The notes under the pieces are model-generated. The model was given only the letters and a program-made list of their open reading frames with translations, did no database searches and was not told the DNA's origin. A program made the position numbers and the translations under genes. Shown here one piece after another: positions 24,095-32,940 of a stretch of DNA of 51,820 bases. This DNA comes from Thermoplasmata archaeon (lineage in GTDB: Archaea; Thermoplasmatota; Thermoplasmata; Lutacidiplasmatales; UBA184): NCBI GenBank assembly GCA_035499145.1, contig DATJZK010000003.1, positions 1 to 51,820 on the forward strand, given 5' to 3'. Each line of letters starts with the position of its first letter. Position 1 is the stretch's first letter.

Positions 24095-27055
24095 ATGGCG
24101 GCGGAGGGGGCAGGGACGGCGCGGGGCGACCCGATCCACCCCCGCGTGCTGGACTACTGGGAACGGACGGGCGTTCCGGCCCGGGTGCTGTACGGCCGGC
24201 CGGACGGCCCGGTGTTCCGCTTCACCGAGGGTCCACCGACCGCGAACGGGGCCCCGCACCTCGGTCACCTCGTGGCGCGGACCCTCAAGGACGTCCAGCT
24301 GCGCTTCCGCCGGATGCGCGGCGACCGGATCGTGAGCGCGATGGCCGGCTGGGATTGCCACGGGCTCCCGGTCGAGCTCGAGATCGAGAAGCGCCACGGC
24401 CTCAAGTCGAAGAAGGAGATCGAGGCGTTCGGCGTCGAGCGGTTCTGCGACGAGTGCCGGGCCGGCACGCTCGAGGTCGCTGCGACGTGGCGGGAGATGA
24501 GCCGACGGCTCGGCTACTGGCTCGACTACGACCGCGCGTACCGCACCATGGACCCGCCGTTCATCGAGAGCGTCTGGTGGTCGCTCAAGACCCTGTTCGA
24601 CCGGGGCCTCCTCGAGAAGGGGCACTACGTCCTCCCGTACTGCCCCCGGTGCGAGACGCCGCTCTCCTCCCACGAGGTCGCCCAGGGATACCGCGACGCG
24701 ACCGACCCGAGCGTGACGGTGCGCTTCCCGCTGGTCGGCGGGAGCGCGCCCGCCCGGGACCTCCTGGTCTGGACGACGACCCCGTGGACGCTGCCGTCGA
24801 ACCTCCTGGTCGCCGCGCGGGCCGACCTCGACTATGCAGTCGTCCGGGAGAGCGACGGGCGCGAGGTCGTCCTCGCGTCCGCCGCGGTCCCCCGCTACTT
24901 CCCCACCGCCCCCGCCGTCGTCGCTCACCTGCGGGGCTCGGAGCTCGCGGGGGCGACGTACCGGGCCCCGTTCGACTCGCCCGGGCCGGGCGAGGGGCGC
25001 CACCGGATCGTGCTCGACGACTTCGTGACGACCGAGGAGGGGACCGGGTTCGTCCACGTCGCGCCCAGCTTCGGCCCGGAGGACCAGCGGATCGGGGCGC
25101 GGGAGCGCGTCGGGGTCTACGACCCGCTCGACAGCCGGGGCGTCTTCACCGACCGGGTCCCGCTCGTCCGCGGCCGATCGTTCAAGGCGGCTGACCCGAT
25201 CCTGACGAAGGACCTCGACGCCCGCGGACTGCTGTACCGGTCGGAGACGATCCGCCACACGTACCCGTTCTGCTGGCGGTGCGACTCCGCGCTCCTGTAC
25301 CGCGCGATCGACTCGTGGTTCGTCCGGACCTCGCGGGCGACGGAACGTCTCGTCCGGCACAACGCCTCGGTCGCCTGGGTTCCGGAACACCTGCGGGACG
25401 GCCGGTTCGGCAACATCCTCACGGAGGCGAAGGACTGGGCGCTGTCGCGGAACCGCTACTGGGGTACACCGCTCCCGATCTGGCTCTGCCCGGCGGGCCA
25501 CGCGACGTGCGTCGGGAGCTTCGCCGAGCTCGCGGAGCGCAGCGGGGCGCCGCTCCCCACGCCGTTCGACCCGCACCGGGTCGCGGTCGACCGGCTCCGC
25601 GTTCGTTGCGCGCAGTGCGGGGCGGACGCGCGACGGGAACCGTACACCATCGACGGCTGGTACGACAGCGGGTCCGCCCCATTCGCCCAGTTCCACTACC
25701 CGTTCGAGCCGGGCCCGTTCGACCCCACGTCGCCGCTCGACTACATCGCCGAGGGGCTCGACCAGACGCGCGGCTGGTTCTACTCGCTGTTGGTGATCGC
25801 GACGCTCCTGTTCGACCGGGCGGCCTACCGGACGGTGCTCGTCAACGGCATGCTCCTCGACGAGGGCGGCCGGAAGATGTCGAAATCGAAGGGGAACGCG
25901 GTGGAGCCGATGTCGCTCCTCGCGCGGTTCGGTGGCGACCCGGTGCGCTGGACGTTCCTCTCCACCGACTTCACCGAGCCGACCCGGCTCGGCGAGGCGA
26001 CCGTCCAGAAGACCGCGGCCCGGACGCTGGGGACGCTCGAGAACGTGGTCGCCTTCCACCTCGAGAACGCCCGCTCGGACGCCCTGGCTCCGGCGACGGC
26101 TCGTCCCGCGCCGACCGCGGCGCTCGATCGCTGGCTCCTCTCCCGCCTCGAGGGGACCCGGTCGGCCGTCACCGCCGCGTTGACCGAGTTCGACCCTCGA
26201 CCGGCGGCCGGTGCGGTGCGCGAGTTCGTCGACGACCTGTCGACGTGGTACCTGCGGCGCTCCCGGCCCCGGTTCTGGGGAGAGACCGGCCCGGACGATC
26301 GCCGGCGGGCGCACGCGACGCTCTCCTACGCGCTCCTCGGGCTCGCGCGGACGATCGCCCCGCTCGTTCCGTTCGTCGCCGAGTGGCTTCACCAGGAAGT
26401 CGGCGAGCACGGGTACCGTTCGGCGGACGATTCGGTCCACGTGGCCGATTGGCCGGGGGAGCTCGCGGACCGCGATCCGGCACTCGAGGCGGCGATGGAG
26501 GCGCTCCGCGCGGAGGTCGAGGCGGGCCGGGAGCTCCGGCAGCGGGCCGGCGTCCGCTCGCGGATCCCGCTGCCGGAGCTGGTCGTCTTCTCATCCGCGC
26601 CGTCGCCTGTCGCCCTCCTCGGAGAGGAAGGGACGGCGCTCCTCGCCGACGAGCTGAACGTTCGCCGGGTCGTTCGCGCCGACCCCGCGAGCCGCGGGAG
26701 CTACCCGGAGGCGGACTGGGTGCTCCGCGAGGAGTCCGGAGAGGTGCGCATGGCGCTCTCGCGGCGACCGACGGAAGCGCTGCTCGAAGAGGGGTTGGTG
26801 CGCGAGGTCGGCCGGCGCCTCCAGCAGTCCCGGAAGGAGATCGGGCTGCGGTACGGCGAGCCGGTGCGCATCGAGCTCGCCGCGACCGGGCCGCTCCACC
26901 GGGCCCTGATTGCCCGACGCAATGAGTTGGCCCACGAGCTGCTGGCCGATCCGCTCGAACTGACCGACGGGACCCTCGCGGACGGAGCGGACGTCCGGCG
27001 GTGGGAGCTCGACGGCGTCAGCTTCTCGGCGCGGCTGGTGCGTCGCCCGACGTAG
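24095..27055 (+). CDS. ileS: isoleucine--tRNA ligase
   Basis: HIGH-type motif PPTANGAPHLGHL, KMSKS motif KMSKSKGN, and class Ia editing/CP1-like regions. Track ORF 23366..27055 trimmed to the ATG at 24095. Confidence 0.95.
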   Translation: MAAEGAGTARGDPIHPRVLDYWERTGVPARVLYGRPDGPVFRFTEGPPTANGAPHLGHLVARTLKDVQLRFRRMRGDRIVSAMAGWDCHGLPVELEIEKRHGLKSKKEIEAFGVERFCDECRAGTLEVAATWREMSRRLGYWLDYDRAYRTMDPPFIESVWWSLKTLFDRGLLEKGHYVLPYCPRCETPLSSHEVAQGYRDATDPSVTVRFPLVGGSAPARDLLVWTTTPWTLPSNLLVAARADLDYAVVRESDGREVVLASAAVPRYFPTAPAVVAHLRGSELAGATYRAPFDSPGPGEGRHRIVLDDFVTTEEGTGFVHVAPSFGPEDQRIGARERVGVYDPLDSRGVFTDRVPLVRGRSFKAADPILTKDLDARGLLYRSETIRHTYPFCWRCDSALLYRAIDSWFVRTSRATERLVRHNASVAWVPEHLRDGRFGNILTEAKDWALSRNRYWGTPLPIWLCPAGHATCVGSFAELAERSGAPLPTPFDPHRVAVDRLRVRCAQCGADARREPYTIDGWYDSGSAPFAQFHYPFEPGPFDPTSPLDYIAEGLDQTRGWFYSLLVIATLLFDRAAYRTVLVNGMLLDEGGRKMSKSKGNAVEPMSLLARFGGDPVRWTFLSTDFTEPTRLGEATVQKTAARTLGTLENVVAFHLENARSDALAPATARPAPTAALDRWLLSRLEGTRSAVTAALTEFDPRPAAGAVREFVDDLSTWYLRRSRPRFWGETGPDDRRRAHATLSYALLGLARTIAPLVPFVAEWLHQEVGEHGYRSADDSVHVADWPGELADRDPALEAAMEALRAEVEAGRELRQRAGVRSRIPLPELVVFSSAPSPVALLGEEGTALLADELNVRRVVRADPASRGSYPEADWVLREESGEVRMALSRRPTEALLEEGLVREVGRRLQQSRKEIGLRYGEPVRIELAATGPLHRALIARRNELAHELLADPLELTDGTLADGADVRRWELDGVSFSARLVRRPT

Positions 27056-27704
27056 GGCCCGAGCCTTCCCGGACGACCGGTCCGTCCGGTCGCTCCTCGG
27101 CAAAGATCTCGGCCTGGAACCGGTACACACGGACGCGCGGCGAGCGCCACGCGCCCGGCGGAAGGCCGGCCTTCTCGCACGTCCCGTCGAGGAACTCCTC
27201 GACGCCCCACCCCTGTTCGGGGGCGACCTGCGGGAGCAGGAGGCCGCTCGTCCCGTCGCCCTCGACGATCAGCCCGTCGCGGCCGACGCGCACGGCCGCG
27301 GCGATCTCGGCGGGAGTGCCGCCCGCGACCCGTTCGGGGATCGTCAGGACCGACACCTCGACGGTCACGGCGAGCAGTTCCCGGCCGGCCAGCGGACGGA
27401 ACCGGGGATCGTCGGTCGCGGCGGCGCGGGCCGCGCGGACGATCGCGCCGGCGAGCGGGTAGTGCGGGAGCGGGAACCCGATGCAGCCGCGGAGTGCCCC
27501 GCTCGGGTGTCGACGGATCGTCACGAAGACCCCCCGCGGCTGGTCGAACGGTGGGCCGTCGGGAACGGAGGGCGGCGGCCCCGCGTCGGCCCCGGCGGCC
27601 TCGCGCACGGCGTGGCGGGCTAGGCGCACGGCGACCGTTCCCTCGGACGGCTCCACGGCCCCGTACTCGCGCTTCCGCGTAAGGCGATTGTCGCCGGCCC
27701 GCAT
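27018..27704 (-). CDS. AMMECR1 domain protein
   Basis: RGVFVTIRRHPSGALRGCIGFP and LLLPQV motifs. Its 3' end overlaps the ileS 3' end by 38 nt (convergent). Confidence 0.8.
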   Translation of the reverse strand: MRAGDNRLTRKREYGAVEPSEGTVAVRLARHAVREAAGADAGPPPSVPDGPPFDQPRGVFVTIRRHPSGALRGCIGFPLPHYPLAGAIVRAARAAATDDPRFRPLAGRELLAVTVEVSVLTIPERVAGGTPAEIAAAVRVGRDGLIVEGDGTSGLLLPQVAPEQGWGVEEFLDGTCEKAGLPPGAWRSPRVRVYRFQAEIFAEERPDGPVVREGSGPTSGDAPAAPRS

Positions 27705-27848
27705 CGGGGCCGAACGGGGCGCTCCGGGGCCCGGGCCCCCAGGGGCCGAGAGGACTCACTTCGTAGCTCCTTCGGACCGAGCGTGAAGCGTCTCGTCCGT
27801 GCCCGGCGGTCGGACGATCGGCTCGGGATCACCGGCGACGCGATCGGC

Positions 27849-28586
27849 TCATCCAGCGATCCGGTCCCCCGACTTCGATCGGGGCTGTCCGTAGCCGCGG
27901 AACACCTCGAACCGGATCCGGTCGGGCACGACGCCCAGGCTCTGAAGCAGGTGGTAGGTGCCCCGCACCATCTCCGGCGCCCCGCAGACGTAGTAGATCG
28001 GGTCCGACAGGCCGTGCGACGCCTCGGTGAGAAGGCTCGCGTCGAGGCGCCCCCGCCGTTGGCTCCAGGACGATTCCTTCGAAGCTTGGGTGAGGGTGTG
28101 AAGGACGGTGAAGCGAGGGTTCTGTCGAGCCAGATCGTCGACCTCCGAGCGGTACGCGATCTCGTCCTCGTTCCGGCTCGAGTAGACCAGCCGAACGTCC
28201 AGGGGAAGCTGCCGGTCGGCCGCGTACTCCGCCATCCCCTTGAGGGGGGTGATCCCGATCCCGCCGGCGACGAGGACGGCCGGGCGAGTTTCGTCCAAGA
28301 CGAAGCGACCGTACGCCCCGTCGACCTCCGCTTCGTCACCGGGCTGGAGAGCGACGAACGCCTCCTTCCACGGGGAGTTCGAAGCCCGCGCGCCGAACTC
28401 GAGGTACGACCGCGTCGGAGAGCAGGCGAGCGACATCGGGTACTCGATCGGACCGTTCCGGGTCGAAAGCTCCACGCCGCAGAACTGGACGGGCGCGAAC
28501 TGGAACCCCGCCGGCTTCTCGAGCTTCACGCCGTGCACGCTCGGCGTGACTCGGTACGACTCCAGCACCCGAACGCGCGCGATCAC
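27849..28586 (-). CDS. FAD/NAD(P)-binding oxidoreductase (ferredoxin-NADP reductase-like fold)
   Basis: FAD-binding beta-barrel half (RVTPSVHGVKLEKPAGFQFAPVQF..YPMSLAC) and NAD(P)-binding half (VLVAGGIGITPLKGM, YVCGAPEM). GTG start at 28586. Confidence 0.75.
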   Translation of the reverse strand: MIARVRVLESYRVTPSVHGVKLEKPAGFQFAPVQFCGVELSTRNGPIEYPMSLACSPTRSYLEFGARASNSPWKEAFVALQPGDEAEVDGAYGRFVLDETRPAVLVAGGIGITPLKGMAEYAADRQLPLDVRLVYSSRNEDEIAYRSEVDDLARQNPRFTVLHTLTQASKESSWSQRRGRLDASLLTEASHGLSDPIYYVCGAPEMVRGTYHLLQSLGVVPDRIRFEVFRGYGQPRSKSGDRIAG

Positions 28587-28618
28587 GGAGAGGTCTCGGC
28601 CGCAGCAGTCCGGAGAAC

Positions 28619-28629
28619 GATATAATGAC
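28619..28629. promoter_or_regulatory. bidirectional TATA-like element (gatataatgac) between oxidoreductase and marR-like gene
   Basis: The only AT island in the divergent gap. It lies about 37 nt from the minus-strand GTG (28586). On the plus strand, a GGAGGG Shine-Dalgarno-like motif (28665-28670) precedes the GTG at 28673. Confidence 0.45.
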
Positions 28630-28672
28630 TAAGTGGTTAGCTATCGGGTCATCGAATGTACCCAGGAGGGAT

Positions 28673-29173
28673 GTGAGGTCCACCGTTCGAGGTCGCGGGC
28701 CCTCCCGGCGACGGCCCGACCCGGCGCTCGTCGAGCAGGTCCATCGGGCGATCCGGTCGGCCCACCAAGCGTTCGCGGCGCGGCTCGGGGCTTCCCTGCG
28801 AAGGGAGGGGATCCCGTTCAGCCGATTCGTGGTCCTCCGGCTGCTGGTCGGTCGGGGCCCCACCACCTCCAAAGCGCTGGCCGGAACGCTCGGCGTGACC
28901 ACGGCGAACATGCCCGGGCTGGTCGACCGGCTGGAGGCGGACGGATTGGTCACCCGAACACGGAACCCCAAGGATCGGCGCGAGATCCTCGTCGAGGCGA
29001 CCCCGAAAGGGCGCCGGACGTGCCGGCGGCTGCGACGCACGGCGGTCCGTCAGCTGGTCCGAGCCTTCGACGGGTGGTCCGAGGGAGACCTCCGGGCGCT
29101 GTTGGAGTCGCTGCAGAGGCTTGGTCCGCCCCGGAGACCGGACGGGCTGACCGAGCTGCCGGTCGTGCGGTAA
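28673..29173 (+). CDS. MarR family transcriptional regulator
   Basis: Winged-helix region FSRFVVLRLLVGRGPTTSKALAGTLGVTTANMPGLVDRLEADGLVTRTRNPKDRREILVEATPKG. I moved the start from the track ATG at 28625, which lies inside the TATA island, to the SD-preceded in-frame GTG at 28673. Confidence 0.75.
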   Translation: MRSTVRGRGPSRRRPDPALVEQVHRAIRSAHQAFAARLGASLRREGIPFSRFVVLRLLVGRGPTTSKALAGTLGVTTANMPGLVDRLEADGLVTRTRNPKDRREILVEATPKGRRTCRRLRRTAVRQLVRAFDGWSEGDLRALLESLQRLGPPRRPDGLTELPVVR

Positions 29174-29331
29174 GCCGCGACCGGAGCCCCCGGCGATCGC
29201 GCGCCGGTCGACGGCTGGCAGCGGATCACGGACCGACGAACGCCTCCGGCGCCGGGATCGAGCGTCGCGGGAGCGTTTCGACCCCGGCTCCGCGATCGAC
29301 CGCCCGGAAGAGCCCACCGGTCCCCCCCACG

Positions 29332-29338
29332 TTTTATA
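29332..29338 (+). promoter_or_regulatory. TATA-like element (ttttata) upstream of rpl40e
   Basis: 28-34 nt upstream of the ATG at 29366. Confidence 0.5.
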
Positions 29339-29365
29339 CCGAAGGGGCGGTCCCCGCGCGCCCCC

Positions 29366-29518
29366 ATGCCGTTCCCCGAGGCGGTCGAGCGACTGCTCAA
29401 CAAGCGGATCTGCATGAACTGCTCGGCCCGGAACCCCCCCAAGGCGGTCCAGTGCCGGCGCTGCGGGTACAAGGGGCTCCGCGTCAAGTCCCGCGAGCGG
29501 TCCGGGAAGACGCAGTAG
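29366..29518 (+). CDS. rpl40e: 50S ribosomal protein L40e (50 aa; absent from the supplied ORF track)
   Basis: Hand translation: [50 protein letters not shown]. This is the characteristic L40e zinc-ribbon sequence. TAG at 29516-29518. Confidence 0.85.
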   Translation: MPFPEAVERLLNKRICMNCSARNPPKAVQCRRCGYKGLRVKSRERSGKTQ

Positions 29519-29524
29519 GCGCCG

Positions 29525-30289
29525 TCAGCGCGTCGCCGCGGCCCCGTCGGGGGGCTTCTCGCGCGCGATCTCGAGCCGCTTCTCGGCGAGGAACCAGAGA
29601 TTCTGGAGCCCGTCGCGCCAGCTCTGCAGCTTCGGCGCGCCGGCGCGCTCGCCGTACCGGATCGGCACCTCGACGAACACGAGGCCCCGGCGGATCGCCT
29701 CGATCTTGAGCTCCTCGCTGAGCGCCATCCCGTCCTGGGTGAGCTCGACCGCGTCCAGCACCCGGCGGCGGAACACCCAGAACCCGCTCTGGCTGTCGGC
29801 GAGCGTCCGGCGCGGGAGCTGGCGGAGGTAGCGGTGGTAGGCGACGGCGAGGAACCGGTTCAGCACCCAGTTGCCGATCCGGTGCTCGGTCGTCATGGAG
29901 CGGCGGTCGACGTACGCCATCCGGTCGCCCGACAGGAAATCGATCCGCTCGTCGAGGAGCTTCCGCACCAGCGACGGGATCGTCTCGACCGGGTACGTCC
30001 CGTCCCCGTCGGCCGTCGCGATCACCTCGCCGGTGGCCTCGGCGAATCCCGTGCGGTACGCGCGCCCGTAGCCCCGCCGTCGCTCGACGACGACCCGGGC
30101 GCCCTCCGCCGCGGCGATCGCCCCGGTGCCGTCCGCGGAGGCGCCGTCGACGACGACGACCTCCCAGGCGAGCGGGTCGTCGCGGAACAGCTCGCGATTG
30201 CCCGCCTCCGCCGCCGCCCGGAACGCGCGGAGGACGGAGGCGATCGACGCGGCCTCGTTCAGCGTCGGGATCATGAGGGTCGCCCGCAT
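29525..30289 (-). CDS. family 2 glycosyltransferase (dolichyl-phosphate sugar transferase-like)
   Basis: LMIPTLNEAASI, VVVDGASADGT, and the DxD motif ADGDGTYP. Confidence 0.85.
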   Translation of the reverse strand: MRATLMIPTLNEAASIASVLRAFRAAAEAGNRELFRDDPLAWEVVVVDGASADGTGAIAAAEGARVVVERRRGYGRAYRTGFAEATGEVIATADGDGTYPVETIPSLVRKLLDERIDFLSGDRMAYVDRRSMTTEHRIGNWVLNRFLAVAYHRYLRQLPRRTLADSQSGFWVFRRRVLDAVELTQDGMALSEELKIEAIRRGLVFVEVPIRYGERAGAPKLQSWRDGLQNLWFLAEKRLEIAREKPPDGAAATR

Positions 30290-30315
30290 CGTGCGGCCGG
30301 GGAGCCGGCGGGCCC

Positions 30316-30321
30316 CTTAAG
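30316..30321. promoter_or_regulatory. palindromic CTTAAG TATA-like element, bidirectional (GT2 gene / archease gene)
   Basis: 28 nt from the GT2 ATG (30289) on the minus strand. On the plus strand it would place a transcription start near 30345. Confidence 0.4.
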
Positions 30322-30383
30322 CCCGCGCGAACGGTTCCCGCCGCACGCCGCCCCGCTCGGCCGCCCGGCGACCGCCCCGTCGG

Positions 30384-30791
30384 TGGGGAAGCTTCCCGAC
30401 GACCGCCGACGTCGGCGTCTGGGCGACGGCGCCGGACGCCGCCGGCCTCCTGGAGGCGCTCGGCCTGGGCGTCTTCGCGCTGATGACCGACCTGCGACGG
30501 GTCCGGCCGCGGGAGGCCCGGACCGTGGCGGCGACCGGGCGGGACGCCCCCGAGCTCGTCGTCGCCTTCCTGAGCGAGCTGCTCGTGCTCCAATCGGACG
30601 GCGGCTTCCTCGTCCGCGAGATCGCGGCCCGCCCGAGCGGGCGGGGACCGACCGCCGTCACCGCCACCGTCCGGGGCGAGCCGTTCGACGCGGGCCGCCA
30701 TCCGGCGCGCGTCGAGGTCAAGGCGATCACGATGCACGCCCTCGCGTTCGACCCCGCGCGCGGACGGGCGCGGGTGATCGTCGATATCTGA
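30384..30791 (+). CDS. archease; 5' end/start codon unresolved (possible frameshift or assembly error)
   Basis: In-frame translation from 30384, WGSFPTTADVGVWATAPDAAGLLEALGLGVFALMTD...EVKAITMHALAFD...VIVDI, matches archease, including the N-terminal xTAD motif. The only in-frame canonical start (ATG 30483, track ORF) would delete that motif. A GTG at 30383 is one frame off. Confidence 0.6.
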   Translation, partial: WGSFPTTADVGVWATAPDAAGLLEALGLGVFALMTDLRRVRPREARTVAATGRDAPELVVAFLSELLVLQSDGGFLVREIAARPSGRGPTAVTATVRGEPFDAGRHPARVEVKAITMHALAFDPARGRARVIVDI

Positions 30792-30803
30792 TCGAGCGCC
30801 GCC

Positions 30804-31940
30804 CTACGGCATCCGCTCGACGATCGCCGAGAGCGAGCGGCCCGGCGCGGGGAGCCGGCCGGCCTTGCCGAGGATCCGCTCGAGGGCGGCGAACGTCACG
30901 AGGAGGTCCGGCCAATCGGCGATCCCCATGTGGCCGATCCGGAAGATCTTCCCCGTGAGCGCCCCCTGGCCGCCCTGCACGAGCACGTTGTACGTCCGCT
31001 CGAGGGTCTTCCTCAGCTCGGGGTCGCCGAGCCCGTTCGGGTGCTTCACCGCCGTCACCGTGTCCGAGGCGTGGCGCGGATCGGGGAACAGCTCGAGGCC
31101 GAGCGCCGCCACGGCGGCCCGCGTCGCCTCCGCGAGCCGATGGGTCCGCTCGAGCCGACGGTCGAGCCCCTCCTCCTTCAGGACGAGGAGCGCCTCCCGC
31201 AGGGCGAGGAACAGGGGGACCGCCGGGGTCCACGGCGTGTCGTTCTTCTCGAGCGACTTCAGGTGCGCCGCGAGGTCCAGGTAGAACGTCCCGGGGTGGA
31301 GCGCCGCCGCGGCCCGCTCCGAGAGGTGGACGAGCGCGAGGCCGGCCGGCGCCGCGAGCCCCTTCTGGCTGCCGGCGACGACCGCGTCGATCCCCCACGC
31401 GTCGATCGGCTCCGGGATCCCCGCGACGGCGCTGATGCCGTCGACCAGGAACAGCGCGCCGGAGCGTCGGATCGCCGGGGCGAGCCGGCTGAGGTCGTTC
31501 GCGAGCCCGACGCTCGTCTCGTTGTGGACGACGCAGACGGCCGTCACGTCGCCCTTCGCGAGCTCGGCCTCGACCGTCGCCTCCGGGAGCGGGCTCCCCC
31601 ACGGGGCCGAGATCGTGGTGACGTTCCGGGCGTACTTCCGGACGATCGTCTCGGACCGCTCGCCGAAGTTGCCGTTGACGAGGACGAGCGCCCGGCCGTC
31701 CGGGGGCAGGAGCGACGAGTACATCGCCTCCAGGCCGGCGGTCCCGCTCCCGGAGAGGATCAGCTGGCGCCCCTTCGCGCCGAACAGCACGGGCAGCAGC
31801 TCGCGGATCTCCTGGACGATCCCGTGGAAGAAGTCGCCGCGGTGGTTGACCGACGGCATCGACATCGCGCGGAGGACGCGGGGGTGGATCCGGACCGGGC
31901 CCGCGATCAGGAACGTCGCGGTCTCGGGGTCGAACGTCAT
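30804..31940 (-). CDS. class V aminotransferase (phosphoserine / serine-glyoxylate aminotransferase family)
   Basis: PLP-lysine context AGSQKGLAAPAGLA and the overall AGXT/SerC-archaeal pattern. ATGA overlap with the upstream serA-like stop. Track ORF 30804..32813 is over-extended. Confidence 0.8.
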   Translation of the reverse strand: MTFDPETATFLIAGPVRIHPRVLRAMSMPSVNHRGDFFHGIVQEIRELLPVLFGAKGRQLILSGSGTAGLEAMYSSLLPPDGRALVLVNGNFGERSETIVRKYARNVTTISAPWGSPLPEATVEAELAKGDVTAVCVVHNETSVGLANDLSRLAPAIRRSGALFLVDGISAVAGIPEPIDAWGIDAVVAGSQKGLAAPAGLALVHLSERAAAALHPGTFYLDLAAHLKSLEKNDTPWTPAVPLFLALREALLVLKEEGLDRRLERTHRLAEATRAAVAALGLELFPDPRHASDTVTAVKHPNGLGDPELRKTLERTYNVLVQGGQGALTGKIFRIGHMGIADWPDLLVTFAALERILGKAGRLPAPGRSLSAIVERMP

Positions 31941-32887
31941 CGCGCGCCTCCCGCCGGCGCGACGAGCGCGGTCAGCGGCTCGCCGGTGAGCGCCCGCAGC
32001 ACCTCGGCGACGATCTCGCTCCCCGCCCGGCGCTGAGCCTCCTCGGTCGACGCGCCGACGTGCGGCGTCGCGATCAGCCGGGGGTGCGCGAGCAGCGCGG
32101 CGCGGGTCGGCGGTTCGGTCTCGAAGACATCGAGGGCCGCCCCGGCGAGCCGGCCGCTCTCCAGGGCGGCGAGCAGGGCGACCTCGTCGACGAGCGCCCC
32201 CCGCGCGACGTTCACGAGGTAGGCCCCGGGGCGCATCGCCGCGAGCGCCCGGCCGTCGATCAGGTGGTGGTTCTCGGCGGTCGAGGCGGCGTGCAGGCTC
32301 ACGATGTCGGCCCGCGCGAGCACGTCGTCGAGCGGGAGCATCTCGGTCGCGTCGCCCGACCGAGCAACGAACGGGTCGTACGCGACGGAGAAGGCGCCGA
32401 ACGCGGCGAGGCGGCGGGCGACCTCGCGGGCGATCCGGCCGTAGCCGACGAACCCGACCGTCCGGCCCGCGAGCTCGCGGCCGTGGGCGCTGCGCTCCCA
32501 TCGGCCGGCCTTCGTGGCGGTGATCGCCGGGTAGAGGCCCCGGAGGAGGGCGAGGTAGAGGCCGATGCTGAGCTCCGCCACGCTCGCGGTCGCTGCGGCG
32601 GGGGCGTTCACGACCCGGATGCCCCGGGCCCCGGTCGCCGCGAGGTCGACGTTGTCGACCCCGACGCCGGCGCGAGCGACGAGCTCCAGGTGCGGGGCCC
32701 CGGCGAGGAGGGACGCCGTCACCTTCGTTCGGCTGCGGACGATCAGTCCCCACGCCTCGCCCAGCTGGGCCGCGAGCGTCGCGGGCTCGCCGCTCGCGTC
32801 CAGGACCCGGCACGGTCCCGCGCGCAGGCGGTCGACCGAGGCCGGATCGATCGGGTCGGCGACGACCACGAGTCGAGGGATCGCCAT
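31937..32887 (-). CDS. serA: D-3-phosphoglycerate dehydrogenase-like 2-hydroxyacid dehydrogenase (short form)
   Basis: GVGVDNVD, the NAD motif GFVGYGRIAREVARR, and the catalytic region PHVGAST. Coupled to an aminotransferase. Confidence 0.75.
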   Translation of the reverse strand: MAIPRLVVVADPIDPASVDRLRAGPCRVLDASGEPATLAAQLGEAWGLIVRSRTKVTASLLAGAPHLELVARAGVGVDNVDLAATGARGIRVVNAPAAATASVAELSIGLYLALLRGLYPAITATKAGRWERSAHGRELAGRTVGFVGYGRIAREVARRLAAFGAFSVAYDPFVARSGDATEMLPLDDVLARADIVSLHAASTAENHHLIDGRALAAMRPGAYLVNVARGALVDEVALLAALESGRLAGAALDVFETEPPTRAALLAHPRLIATPHVGASTEEAQRRAGSEIVAEVLRALTGEPLTALVAPAGGAR

Positions 32888-32940
32888 CGGGCCCGGCCGA
32901 GCGGGGCGACGTTCAAAAGCCCTCGGGGCGGGGGCGGTCG

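Noticed and set aside
28625-28672. ATG at 28625 as the start of the MarR gene (track ORF 28625..29173)
   Set aside because: This ATG lies inside the TATA-like island (tataATGac). An in-frame GTG at 28673 is preceded by GGAGGG at the right spacing. The first 16 codons carry no MarR-like sequence.
30483-30791. ATG at 30483 as the true archease start (102-aa track ORF)
   Set aside because: It would delete about 33 in-frame codons that encode the conserved archease N-terminus, including the xTAD motif. That conservation is unlikely by chance, so the start problem is reported as a finding instead.
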